DNA of 60,786 bases. Origin: Dissulfurispiraceae bacterium. Lineage in GTDB: Bacteria; Nitrospirota; Thermodesulfovibrionia; Thermodesulfovibrionales; Dissulfurispiraceae. Position numbers and translations under genes: made by a program. The stretch covers positions 1-60,786 of the forward strand of contig DATHDH010000094.1 in assembly GCA_035319145.1 (NCBI GenBank), written 5' to 3'. This document shows, piece after piece, positions 1-9,055 of the stretch (position 1 is its first letter; each line of letters starts with the position of its first letter). The notes under the pieces were generated by a model. The model ran no database searches, was not told where the DNA came from, and was given only the letters and a program-made list of their open reading frames with translations.

Positions 1-1503
1 AACATTAGTGCTCCTGACATCGGGAATCTGGCGTTTTCTGCCGAACAGTGTACTCACATATCCTTGCCGCCGCGCGGTTTCCAAAGTCTCCTCGATATAG
101 GATTTCACGCCGCTGTGGGTCGCAAAATAGTGCTGAATGAATTCCGCCGCATCCTTTGGGGCGATGTCAAGGGCCTCTGAGAGACCGAAGGCGCTCATTC
201 CGTAAATCACGCCGAAGTTGATGGTCTTTGCGAAGCGGCGTTCGTCGGCGGAAACAGCGTCGACAGGCTTCTGAAAGACCTCCGACGCCGTTCGCGCGTG
301 GACATCGATGTTGTGCTGAAAGGCATGGGTCAGCCCGGCATCTCCGCTCATATGGGCGAGAATGCGCAACTCGATCTGCGAGTAATCAGCCGACAGCAGA
401 AGACTTCCGCTGTCTGCGATAAATGCCGAACGGATTCTTGTGCCCCACTCGGTCCTGACCGGTATGTTCTGAAGGTTCGGATCGCTGCTGCTCAATCGTC
501 CTGTTGCGGTGATCGTCTGATTGAATGAGGTATGAATCCGCTTGGACGAGGGTTCCGCAAGGGCCGGAAGCGTATCGATGTAGGTCGTCTTCAGCTTGTG
601 AAGGGTGCGGTAATTCAATATGTGCCCCGGCAGTTCATGCTGATGAGCAAGGTCTTCGAGCACGTCGACGCTCGTCGAAAATCCGGTCTTTGTCTTGCGG
701 CCGGGTTTGAGCCCCAGGTCTTCGAACAGTACTTTTGCGAGCTGCCTCGGCGAATTGATATTGAACTCTTGTCCAGCAGTGCGATAAATGGTTGTCTGTA
801 AATTTACGAGGTCGCGCTCCAGCTCTTTCGACAACGCGGTCAAGAGCGGGATGTCGATCTTCACACCCGCTGTTTCCATATCCGCAAGAACCCGTATTAG
901 CGGCATTTCGATCTCGTGATACAGCTGTGCAAGCCCTTCGGCATCAAGTTTCGGAAAAAGTATCTGCCGCAACTCGAACGCGAGTTCCGCGTCCTCGGCA
1001 GCATACGGCGCAGCCTTCTCCAGCGGAACCTCCGCAAATGACGCCTTCTTTCCGAGCACCTCGCGAAACGGACGTTTTCTGTGGTGGAGATATTCGAGCC
1101 CGACCTCCTCGAGGCTGTGGTTCGGCCAGTTCGGATTCAGCAGGTACGATGCAACCATGGTGTCGAAGAGCGGACCGCGGACTTCGATCCCTTCGCGCCG
1201 CATCATGAAAATGTCGAACTTCAGATTGTGGCCTATCTTTGCAACCGTTTCATCCTCGAATATGCTGCTCAGTATCTCCGGGGCATCAGGCAGGTTCGGT
1301 CCGTCGGCGTGGCGAACCGGAACATAATAGGCTTCTCCTTCGCGGCGGCAGAGCGCAATCCCGACCACGCTGTCGCTCATCGGATTGTTGCCGGTTGTCT
1401 CGACATCAAACGCCAGCTCCTTCAGCGTGTGAGGCGATGGAGATTGCCGGTGAGCGTCCTTCTCTGGCGGTTGATGATCATCGAAGAGCGAGGCCTGTTT
1501 CAT
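1..1503 (-). CDS. polA: DNA polymerase I, 3'-5' exonuclease plus polymerase (Klenow-like) portion; partial, C-terminus runs off the window
   Basis: Own minus-strand translation from ATG 1503..1501 gives MKQASLFDDHQPPEKDAHRQSPSPHTLKELAFDVETTGNNP (Exo I DxE motif). The frame stays open to position 1 (ends ...RQIPDVRSTNV). It is absent from the ORF track because there is no stop in the window. Confidence 0.85.
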   Translation of the reverse strand, partial: MKQASLFDDHQPPEKDAHRQSPSPHTLKELAFDVETTGNNPMSDSVVGIALCRREGEAYYVPVRHADGPNLPDAPEILSSIFEDETVAKIGHNLKFDIFMMRREGIEVRGPLFDTMVASYLLNPNWPNHSLEEVGLEYLHHRKRPFREVLGKKASFAEVPLEKAAPYAAEDAELAFELRQILFPKLDAEGLAQLYHEIEMPLIRVLADMETAGVKIDIPLLTALSKELERDLVNLQTTIYRTAGQEFNINSPRQLAKVLFEDLGLKPGRKTKTGFSTSVDVLEDLAHQHELPGHILNYRTLHKLKTTYIDTLPALAEPSSKRIHTSFNQTITATGRLSSSDPNLQNIPVRTEWGTRIRSAFIADSGSLLLSADYSQIELRILAHMSGDAGLTHAFQHNIDVHARTASEVFQKPVDAVSADERRFAKTINFGVIYGMSAFGLSEALDIAPKDAAEFIQHYFATHSGVKSYIEETLETARRQGYVSTLFGRKRQIPDVRSTNV

Positions 1504-2423
1504 GCGCGGTCCCCCAGAAATTCGAGCAGGGCCTGTCTGTCCGTTATCGCAGCATACTGGGCGCGGCGCTTGTGTCCGGACGATGGGACCTGTTTCAGCA
1601 GGCTTCTGAACTCGAACTCCGTAAAAAGCTCGACAAGGACAGGCCAGTCGGGTTCTTGCAGGGCGAACGAACGCACGTCGGCTTCAAGCGGCACGTCGGC
1701 ATTGATGGTCGCAAGGGTTCTGCTCATGTGGACGGCATCGATCTGCACGCGTATCATTGCCGCAATGCGCTGCGAAGCGTATTTTTCGGGAGACTGAAGC
1801 AGCGAGTCGAGCGAACCTGCCTTGTGGAGAAGCTCCTTTGCGGTCTTTTCGCCGATGCCCTTGACGCCCGGTATATTATCGACCGCATCGCCCATAAGGG
1901 CCATCACTTCAGGTACTCGATCCGGAGGCACGCCGAAACGTTCGACAACCCCGGCCTCATCAATGACAACATCCTTCATGGGGTCGTATATCTTCACACG
2001 TCCGTCGACGGCCTGCATCATGTCCTTGTCGCCGGTGAGGATGAAGACATTCGCCTTTTGCGCGGCGCATTGACGTGCCAGCGTGGCGATGATATCGTCG
2101 GCCTCATGCCCCGGCATTTCGAAAGTCGGTATGCGTAGCGCCGCGATGACCTCTTTTATTTTCGGGATCTGCAGCAGGAGGTCGCCCGGTGTTTCTGGCC
2201 GATGCGCTTTGTATTGTTCATACATTTGGTGGCGAACGGTGGGCTCTTTCGAATCGAAGGCGATGGCGATCGCATCGGGCTTTTTGTCTTTGAGAATCTT
2301 CATGAGCATGGTCGTAAAGCCATAAATGGCGTTGGTCGGGAAGCCCTTGGAATTCGTCAGCGTCTTGATAGCATGGAAGGCGCGATAGAAAAAGGAATTG
2401 CCGTCAACAAGATATACGTTCAT
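1500..2423 (-). CDS. polA: 5'-3' exonuclease (FEN/Pol I N-terminal domain) as a separate 307-aa ORF
   Basis: MNVYLVDGNSFFYRAFHA..., GHEADDIIATLA, LTGDKDMMQ and DNIPGVKGIGEKTA (H3TH) are classic Pol I 5'-nuclease motifs. The TGA stop at 1502..1500 overlaps the next ATG (ATGA). Confidence 0.9.
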   Translation of the reverse strand: MNVYLVDGNSFFYRAFHAIKTLTNSKGFPTNAIYGFTTMLMKILKDKKPDAIAIAFDSKEPTVRHQMYEQYKAHRPETPGDLLLQIPKIKEVIAALRIPTFEMPGHEADDIIATLARQCAAQKANVFILTGDKDMMQAVDGRVKIYDPMKDVVIDEAGVVERFGVPPDRVPEVMALMGDAVDNIPGVKGIGEKTAKELLHKAGSLDSLLQSPEKYASQRIAAMIRVQIDAVHMSRTLATINADVPLEADVRSFALQEPDWPVLVELFTEFEFRSLLKQVPSSGHKRRAQYAAITDRQALLEFLGDRA

Positions 2424-2490
2424 GGGAAATTATACTCCAAACGTCCGTTATCGGATGCCGAATGTTTCTCGCGTTGTCGCGCGTAATGCG

Positions 2491-3396
2491 CTATTTGATG
2501 AAGGTGCCGTTGTGGTACTCCTCGTACGCCTTCCGCAGCTCCTCCCGCGTGTTCATCACAATCGGCCCCTGCCATGCCACCGGCTCTCCCAGCGGTTTCC
2601 CGGTCAGCAACAGGAAACGCACACCTTTCTCACCGGCCGTAACCTTTATGCGCTCTCCCTCATGTTCATAGAGCACAACGGTCTCCGGTCCGAAGACGCA
2701 GCTTCGCTCGCCGTCAAACCATCCCTTGCCCGAAAAATCGTATGAAAAGGGATCGCGCCCTTCGTCGAAATATCCGTCTCCGGTCAGGACATAGGCCACC
2801 GCGGTATGTCCATGCTTCACCCTGTGCTCGAAAATTGCGCCGGGATTGACGGAAACATCCATCAGCTCCGGGTCTATGACGATGTCCCTGACCGGTCCCT
2901 GAACGCCGTTGAGGGTTCCGCTCACCACCTTGACGAACGTTCCGTTTTCGACCCGCACCTCGGGAATGCTTGCTGCCGGCACATCGCGGTAGCGCGGCGG
3001 CATCATCTTGTCCTTTGCGGGCAGGTTAGCCCAGTACTGAAAGCCCCAGAGGGTCCCGGTCGGGCTCTTCTTCGGCATTTCCTGGTGGATGATACCGCTT
3101 CCGGCGGTCATCCACTGGACATCCCCCGAACGGATTACCCCTTTGTTCCCCATGCTGTCACCGTGCTCGACCATTCCTTCGAGAATATAGGTGATGGTTT
3201 CAATCCCCCGGTGAGGGTGCCACGGGAACCCGGCAAGATAATCATCCGGGTTCGAGGAATGAAAATCGTCGAGCATCAGAAACGGATCGAAGAGAGGAAC
3301 CTGATAATAGCCGAATGCCCGCTTGAGATGGACCCCCGCACCTTCGACGGTTGGTACGCTTCTGAATACCGCCTTTATCTTCCGTACCTTTGACAT
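2491..3396 (-). CDS. pirin family protein (bicupin)
   Basis: 301 aa. HPHRGIETITYILEG, GDVQWMTAGSGIIHQE and a C-terminal cupin are present. SD GGGAGGAA lies upstream of the ATG. Confidence 0.9.
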   Translation of the reverse strand: MSKVRKIKAVFRSVPTVEGAGVHLKRAFGYYQVPLFDPFLMLDDFHSSNPDDYLAGFPWHPHRGIETITYILEGMVEHGDSMGNKGVIRSGDVQWMTAGSGIIHQEMPKKSPTGTLWGFQYWANLPAKDKMMPPRYRDVPAASIPEVRVENGTFVKVVSGTLNGVQGPVRDIVIDPELMDVSVNPGAIFEHRVKHGHTAVAYVLTGDGYFDEGRDPFSYDFSGKGWFDGERSCVFGPETVVLYEHEGERIKVTAGEKGVRFLLLTGKPLGEPVAWQGPIVMNTREELRKAYEEYHNGTFIK

Positions 3397-3713
3397 GATC
3401 GTTCCTCCCGTCGTTGCCGCGATGCCCCGCCCGGAATGTCGCTGCCGGATAGGTTCTTATAATCAAATTATAGCAAAGCAGATACTGGCTCACTGCAGTG
3501 TCAATCGGTAGCCTTCGTTCCCCGCTTCGATGATCTCCAATTGGCAGTCGCGCTTTCCGTCGGCGCAGATGTTTTCCTCTGCACTGATAAAAATGCTGCT
3601 GCAGCGGCAAAGGCGTTAGGGTTGCGCGTGTAATATGCCTGGCATGCCGGTCTTGTCTGACCGCCTCAGGAGACACAGGATGAATCCCCGGACGTATTCC
3701 GCTGAATCCAGCG

Positions 3714-5186
3714 TTATTTGTTTTCTTCCAGCCACTGTTGATACAGCATGCCGATATGTCTTACCGCTGCCTGCCGCCGCAAACGAAAAGCCTCTCTGAA
3801 GCGCTCCTCGTCCTGATAAAGAATGTGGCTGTCCGGTTTCTTTTCGTCGTCTACCGCGATCTCGTTGTGATGCGGTAGGCATGTCCTGTATTTGAAATCA
3901 GACTCATGCCGCATGGCGTAGGGAATCGTGATGAACGTCTTTTCGAGCACCCCCTGCGCCTGATCGCCCGGCTGACCGAAGCGTCCCGACACCAGCTTTT
4001 TTCCGTTCCAATGCGGAATGGACTCGGTGTGCAGCGTGTCGTCACACTTGCTTTCGTTCACAGAAAATCGCGCGAAATCAAATCCGCCCCTGCCGTACTC
4101 GGGCGCCTGCGTAAAACATGCATCGGGATTGTCCGGATCGAACGGCATCAGTTCGCCGTCTGTCCTCTTGCCGAAGAATTCGTATGAGGTATGTGCATAA
4201 AAATCCGCAACTGCATGACCAGCCCGCGCCAGGCCGCTGAGTGTGCCTTCCTTCAGCCGCTCTTTCAGTATATCCCAGCTTTCGGCTACATAGCCGTTGT
4301 CGAAGTGATCACGCGGGTCATAGACGGTGGGATTCAAGTCCATGGCCAGGCTGATGGCCTTCACGTACAAGAGATCCCAGCTGCTCAGGCCGCTCAGGGC
4401 TTCGTCGAAGATGTGGTTGTGAACGCCTGCTGCAAATTCAGGGTCAAAACTCTCCCAGAATGTTCTGTCGCGCACATAGTCTTCGAAAGTCGTCGAGACA
4501 GTATTCTTCTTCAGCCTCCAGAGGTGTTCATCATTGAACACATAGTAGGGAATATATTCGATGGTCGCCTCAGGCCCCTTCGACTGACGCTGCCCGAGTC
4601 GTGCCGTCTCTTTTCGGGCGCGTCTCGTATGGAGGAGCGGTTCGATGAGCATCCACATGCCGGATTCGTTCTTGTACATAAGCCAGACATGGTCGTAGCC
4701 GGTCTTCTTTTCCTGATCGTAGACCTTCCCGAGTGCCACGCGAATTGAGTAACTGCTGATACCGGAGGCAAGGAGCAGTGAGGCAAGTAGAAATGCGCGG
4801 TCTTCGCAATCGCCGGAGCGCTTGCGGAGCGTCTCTTCAGGGAAAAGCCAGAAGTCGAGCTGTCGCGCTTTGGGGCCGCGGCTTCTGTATGCAATCCGCT
4901 CTGCCAGATACGCGGTAATGACTCTGAGCCGTAAATCGAATGAATGCTGTTTACGTGACAAAAAGAGCGCTCGGTCGTTTTTCTGCAGAGAGTCGGCTAT
5001 CCTGCCGATCTCTCTCCGGATGACGGCATTGCTCCTGGGCGTGAGGAACTGCCGGATGTCGATGTCGTATCGCTTGTTCGTTTTCGGAACGGTGCGGCAG
5101 GCCCTGATAATCGGGTCGTGGATAATGGTATCGCCTTCCCAGTTCCATTGAGCGGCTACCCTGATATTCGATGCACAAAGACACAT
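3714..5186 (-). CDS. hypothetical fusion protein: transglutaminase-like cysteine peptidase core plus His-rich HET-C/zinc-phospholipase-C-like C-terminal domain
   Basis: N-terminal half has GDCEDRAFLLASLLLASGI ... DHVWLMY ... LIEPL (Cys-His-acidic triad pattern). C-terminal half has VHNHIFDEAL, DPRDHFDN, GHAVADFYAHTSYEF and LPHHNEIAVDD. Start set at ATG 5186, preceded by GGGAGGGAGAG; the ORF-track start 5201 lies inside that SD. Confidence 0.6.
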   Translation of the reverse strand: MCLCASNIRVAAQWNWEGDTIIHDPIIRACRTVPKTNKRYDIDIRQFLTPRSNAVIRREIGRIADSLQKNDRALFLSRKQHSFDLRLRVITAYLAERIAYRSRGPKARQLDFWLFPEETLRKRSGDCEDRAFLLASLLLASGISSYSIRVALGKVYDQEKKTGYDHVWLMYKNESGMWMLIEPLLHTRRARKETARLGQRQSKGPEATIEYIPYYVFNDEHLWRLKKNTVSTTFEDYVRDRTFWESFDPEFAAGVHNHIFDEALSGLSSWDLLYVKAISLAMDLNPTVYDPRDHFDNGYVAESWDILKERLKEGTLSGLARAGHAVADFYAHTSYEFFGKRTDGELMPFDPDNPDACFTQAPEYGRGGFDFARFSVNESKCDDTLHTESIPHWNGKKLVSGRFGQPGDQAQGVLEKTFITIPYAMRHESDFKYRTCLPHHNEIAVDDEKKPDSHILYQDEERFREAFRLRRQAAVRHIGMLYQQWLEENK

Positions 5187-5262
5187 GGCTCTCCCTCCCA
5201 TTCCGGGTCATACATACGCGCTGTGCTGTTTCAATTGTACAACTTTTCAACGAATACTTCGG

Positions 5263-6795
5263 TCAGTGAACGTCAATATGGGCTTGAGATGAGCGACTAT
5301 GTTTCATGAAAAAGACGAGCGGAATGGTTGCGCATATGATAGCGCTGGTGAGGAGAAAAAGCTCGTTGAATGCGAGCATGGTTGCCTGGCGAATCAACTC
5401 CTGGTAGATGGCGACGAGGGTCCCCTGTTCGATAAGCGGAGATGGAAATCCCTGTGCGGCCAGGGCGTCGGAATATCTTCGCACTCCGAGCTGATAGGTG
5501 CGGTCGAATTGGGTCATGTGTTCTGCAAGACGCTCGTGATGAAACTGCGTCCGTTGCGCCAGCGCAGTCGTGACAAAGGCAACGCCGAAGCTTCCGCCAA
5601 GGTTTCGGACGAGATTGAACAACGAAGAGGCATTCCCCATTTCTTCTTTCGGGAAGCCTGAGACGGAAAGAGTCGTGAGTGGGATGAAGAAGCACGCAAT
5701 TCCTATGCCGAGCAGAATGCGGGGCCAGACAACAGAGGAAAAATCGGCTGTCAGCGAAAATTGAGACATGACATATGTGGCGTAAGCATTTGTCGCAAGG
5801 CCGAAGATAAGGATGCCTTTCGGGTTGACCTTCTGGAGCAACTTAGCCACTAGCGGCATCATGATGAGCGACGCGATCCCGCCCGGGCCGAGCACAAGTC
5901 CGGCGAGGAAGGCCGTGTATCCCATAAGCGTCTGCACATACAGTGGTAGCAGAACAATGCTCGAGAAGAAAGCGAGAAAGCCGAAGAACATGACGATATT
6001 GCCGAGCGCAAATGTGCGGCGGCGCAGGGCGCGAAGGTCGACGATGGGGTGCTGCACTCGCAATTCGATGATGATGAAGAGCGTGAGGCTGATTGCGGCG
6101 ATGGCGGTAAGCCAGACGATGAACGGAGAGGAAAACCAGTTTTCCTGCTCTCCCTTGTCGAGAACGATCTGAAGAGAACCGAGGCCGAGCGCCAGGAGCG
6201 CGAGCCCCCAGTAATCAATGGAAATCTTCTCGCGCCGCAGATAGGGCGGGTCCTTGATGATGAGCATGGTCATGAAGATGGAGAGGACGCCTATCGGGAG
6301 ATTGATGAAAAATATCCAGTGCCATGACCAGTTGTCGGTAATCCATCCGCCGAGCACGGGGCCAAGGATGGGGCCGACCATGATGCCGATGCCGAATACC
6401 GCCATCGCCATGCCGTGCTGGCGCGGGGGAAAGCTTTCGAGCAGAACGGCCTGGGATATCGGCTGGAGCGCACCGCCGCCGAGCCCCTGCAGCACGCGGA
6501 AGAAGACGAGGCTTTCAAGACTCCATGCCGACCCGCAGAAGAATGAACTGACGGTAAAAAGCACTATCGAAAAGAGGAGGTATCTCTTCCTGCCAAACAT
6601 CCGGCTCAGCCAGCCGGTCATCGGGATGATAATTGCATTGGAAACGAGATACGACGTAAGTGTCCATGTCGCTTCGTCGATGCCTGCCGAGAGGCTGCCG
6701 CGAATGTGATCCAATGCGACATTCACGATCGAGATGTCGATAATCTCGATGAGCGTTGGGAGCATGACCGTGAATGCGACGAGCCACTTATTCAT
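5263..6795 (-). CDS. emrB: MFS transporter, DHA2 (EmrB/QacA) 14-TMS drug:H+ antiporter
   Basis: 510 aa, hydrophobic throughout, with MFS motif GWLSRMFGRKR. It lies directly downstream of an EmrA-type adaptor. Confidence 0.85.
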   Translation of the reverse strand: MNKWLVAFTVMLPTLIEIIDISIVNVALDHIRGSLSAGIDEATWTLTSYLVSNAIIIPMTGWLSRMFGRKRYLLFSIVLFTVSSFFCGSAWSLESLVFFRVLQGLGGGALQPISQAVLLESFPPRQHGMAMAVFGIGIMVGPILGPVLGGWITDNWSWHWIFFINLPIGVLSIFMTMLIIKDPPYLRREKISIDYWGLALLALGLGSLQIVLDKGEQENWFSSPFIVWLTAIAAISLTLFIIIELRVQHPIVDLRALRRRTFALGNIVMFFGFLAFFSSIVLLPLYVQTLMGYTAFLAGLVLGPGGIASLIMMPLVAKLLQKVNPKGILIFGLATNAYATYVMSQFSLTADFSSVVWPRILLGIGIACFFIPLTTLSVSGFPKEEMGNASSLFNLVRNLGGSFGVAFVTTALAQRTQFHHERLAEHMTQFDRTYQLGVRRYSDALAAQGFPSPLIEQGTLVAIYQELIRQATMLAFNELFLLTSAIICATIPLVFFMKHSRSSQAHIDVH

Positions 6796-6865
6796 TATCT
6801 TCGCTCGGCGCAGGAGACGGCAAAGCCGGAAGCATCTGCGTCCCGACCCGCCGGGTTCCCGTCGG

Positions 6866-7870
6866 TCATTTTACTATTACCGTCGGAATGACGGACATGC
6901 CCACCCGCAGGATGTGCTGTGGGTCGGTATCTTGATCGAGTATGATCTTGATTGGCACTCTCTGGACGATCTTCACGTAATTGCCGGTCGCATTCTGGGG
7001 AGGGAAGAGCGAGAATGCCGAACCGGTTCCCGCCATGATGCTCTCGACCTTGCCTGAAAATTTCTTGCCGGGATAGCTATCGATCGAAATCTCGACCGAT
7101 TGTCCGAGACGAATCTTCTCAAGCTGTGTTTCTTTGTAGTTCGCAACGATCCAGACCCCGGAAACCGGGACAATTGCCATCAGCGGCTGCCCCGGCTGCA
7201 CCTGATTGCCGACCTCGACATTCTTCTTGGTGACCATGCCGTCGGCAGGAGCCGCAATTTTCGTATAAGACTGATCAAGCTCGGCCTTGCGGAGTTTCGC
7301 CTCTTTTTCGCGGATCGATGCGCCTTGCGCACCGCCTCCGTACTCGGCCTGCCGCAACTCCTCCGTCGCCACATGCACCTGCTGTTGTGCAATGTCATAA
7401 TTCGTCTTTGCGCGATCGTAACGCTCCTTCGGGATGAATTCCTCCTTCTGAAGCGCTTCGGCGCGCTCCAGATCCATGCCTGCCTGACGGAGATTCGCCT
7501 GTTGCAGCACGACATTTGCACGCCGCGAGGCTATCCGCGCCTGGAGTTCAGCCAATTTGCCGCGCTCGGCAGCGACCGCAGCGCTGTTTTCGGAAGTCTT
7601 GGCTGCATAATCGGCAACGTCAAGCTCGACGAGCGGATCCCCGGCCTTGACCATCTGGTTGTCCTGAACATATACAGCCTGGATCGTGCCACTTACCTTT
7701 GGCGCAATAGTATGAATAGGCCCTTCCACAAAGGCGTCGTCGGTTGTGATATGGGTGGATTTGTAGACCAGATAAAATATAACGGCAGCTATGCATGCAA
7801 CTACGGTCACACCGAATACTATTAATCCTATTTTCTTTCTTTTTCCGTTGCTGTTGTTTGATTCCGTCAT
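6866..7870 (-). CDS. emrA: HlyD/EmrA-family membrane fusion protein
   Basis: Single N-terminal TM helix (IGLIVFGVTVVACIAAVIFYLV), DDAFVEG...APKVSGTI, a coiled-coil middle and a beta-barrel C-terminus. Start moved to ATG 7870 (MTESNN, SD GAGAGAGGA) so it does not overlap the upstream gene. Confidence 0.85.
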   Translation of the reverse strand: MTESNNSNGKRKKIGLIVFGVTVVACIAAVIFYLVYKSTHITTDDAFVEGPIHTIAPKVSGTIQAVYVQDNQMVKAGDPLVELDVADYAAKTSENSAAVAAERGKLAELQARIASRRANVVLQQANLRQAGMDLERAEALQKEEFIPKERYDRAKTNYDIAQQQVHVATEELRQAEYGGGAQGASIREKEAKLRKAELDQSYTKIAAPADGMVTKKNVEVGNQVQPGQPLMAIVPVSGVWIVANYKETQLEKIRLGQSVEISIDSYPGKKFSGKVESIMAGTGSAFSLFPPQNATGNYVKIVQRVPIKIILDQDTDPQHILRVGMSVIPTVIVK

Positions 7871-7896
7871 GGAGAATCCTCTCTCGTCGCGAGATC

Positions 7897-9051
7897 TTAT
7901 TGTTTCGCCGCGGGGACCAGATCGATAACCGTCACTTCGGGCGGTGCCAGAAGGCGTATCGGCGGTCCCCATGTGCCTGAACCCCTGCTGACATACAGAA
8001 ACGAGCCATTCAACAGATGGAGCATTCCGGCATGCCTGGGGTAGTAAACCCATGTCAATATGCTGAACGGAAATATCTGGCCCTTATGCGTGTGCCCCGA
8101 GAGCTGGAGGTCGAAAAGGCCGACTGAGGCCGGTTCTGCGAGGGGCCGATGCTTCAGGAAAAGGATGAACCTGTCCTGTTTCAGCGCGCTGAGCAGTTTT
8201 GTCTCCGGAACAGGACGATAACTTTTGAACGGGCTTCCTGCAGGGTCGTCGATTCCGGCGATAATCAGATCGTCGGTAATGCCGACCGCTTCTCCGCGCA
8301 GCATCCGGAAGCCGGCGTCTTCAGTGAAACGAAGTGCATCGTCGAGCCCCCAGTAGAATTCGTGGTTCCCGCAGATCGCATATTTGCCGAGCCGCGGATG
8401 AAGGGCCCGGAGTCGTTTATCCCGGCCTGCCAGGAACTCCGGCGGCGCATCGACAAGATCTCCGGTAGATACGATTATATCCGGAGCCGCTTTTTCAACT
8501 GCCCTGATGATACGCTCGAATCGATCGTCCTGCATCGTCGGGCTGAGGTGAACGTCGGTTATCTGCGCGATGCGAATGCGGCCCTGGGCTGGCGTGATTT
8601 TCGAAGATGCGAGGGTAATGGTCTCCGTGCGGATATCCAGCGCCTCGAAGTATCCGTACAGACACGCCGCTGCGGCAACAAAAAGAGGGATGAGAAACGG
8701 TGCACGCCGCATCTTGCGCCAGAGCTTCCATTGCTTTTTCCTGACGATACCGGCCTTCCGGCAGGCCCAGAGCAGCATACCGCCCGTATCCATCACCAGG
8801 GCTGTCGAACAGAAGAGGAAGAGAAAGGCGAGCCAGGTATATGCCGTATAGGAAAGAATATATGCCCACGGCAGCATGACGTCGCGTACCGCAAGCCGGG
8901 CGAATAACGGCGAGAAGACGAGGATTGCAAGATTCAGGAGAATCAATATTTGTGTCGTTCGGCCCAGGCGGAAGCAGCACCTCAGCTTCATGAAGAAGTA
9001 GAGGTGCATCAGGGCGAATGTCGTAAAGAATGTTATGAAAAAAAGCGACAT
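7897..9051 (-). CDS. membrane-anchored metallophosphoesterase (YkuE-like)
   Basis: About 4 N-terminal TM helices, then calcineurin-like motifs ITDVHLS, TGDLVD, GNHEFY and GHTHKGQ. Confidence 0.8.
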   Translation of the reverse strand: MSLFFITFFTTFALMHLYFFMKLRCCFRLGRTTQILILLNLAILVFSPLFARLAVRDVMLPWAYILSYTAYTWLAFLFLFCSTALVMDTGGMLLWACRKAGIVRKKQWKLWRKMRRAPFLIPLFVAAAACLYGYFEALDIRTETITLASSKITPAQGRIRIAQITDVHLSPTMQDDRFERIIRAVEKAAPDIIVSTGDLVDAPPEFLAGRDKRLRALHPRLGKYAICGNHEFYWGLDDALRFTEDAGFRMLRGEAVGITDDLIIAGIDDPAGSPFKSYRPVPETKLLSALKQDRFILFLKHRPLAEPASVGLFDLQLSGHTHKGQIFPFSILTWVYYPRHAGMLHLLNGSFLYVSRGSGTWGPPIRLLAPPEVTVIDLVPAAKQ

Positions 9052-9055
9052 CTTT

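Noticed and set aside
1081-2138. Plus-strand ORFs of 238 and 299 aa.
   Set aside because: They are antisense to the two polA ORFs and have no motifs.
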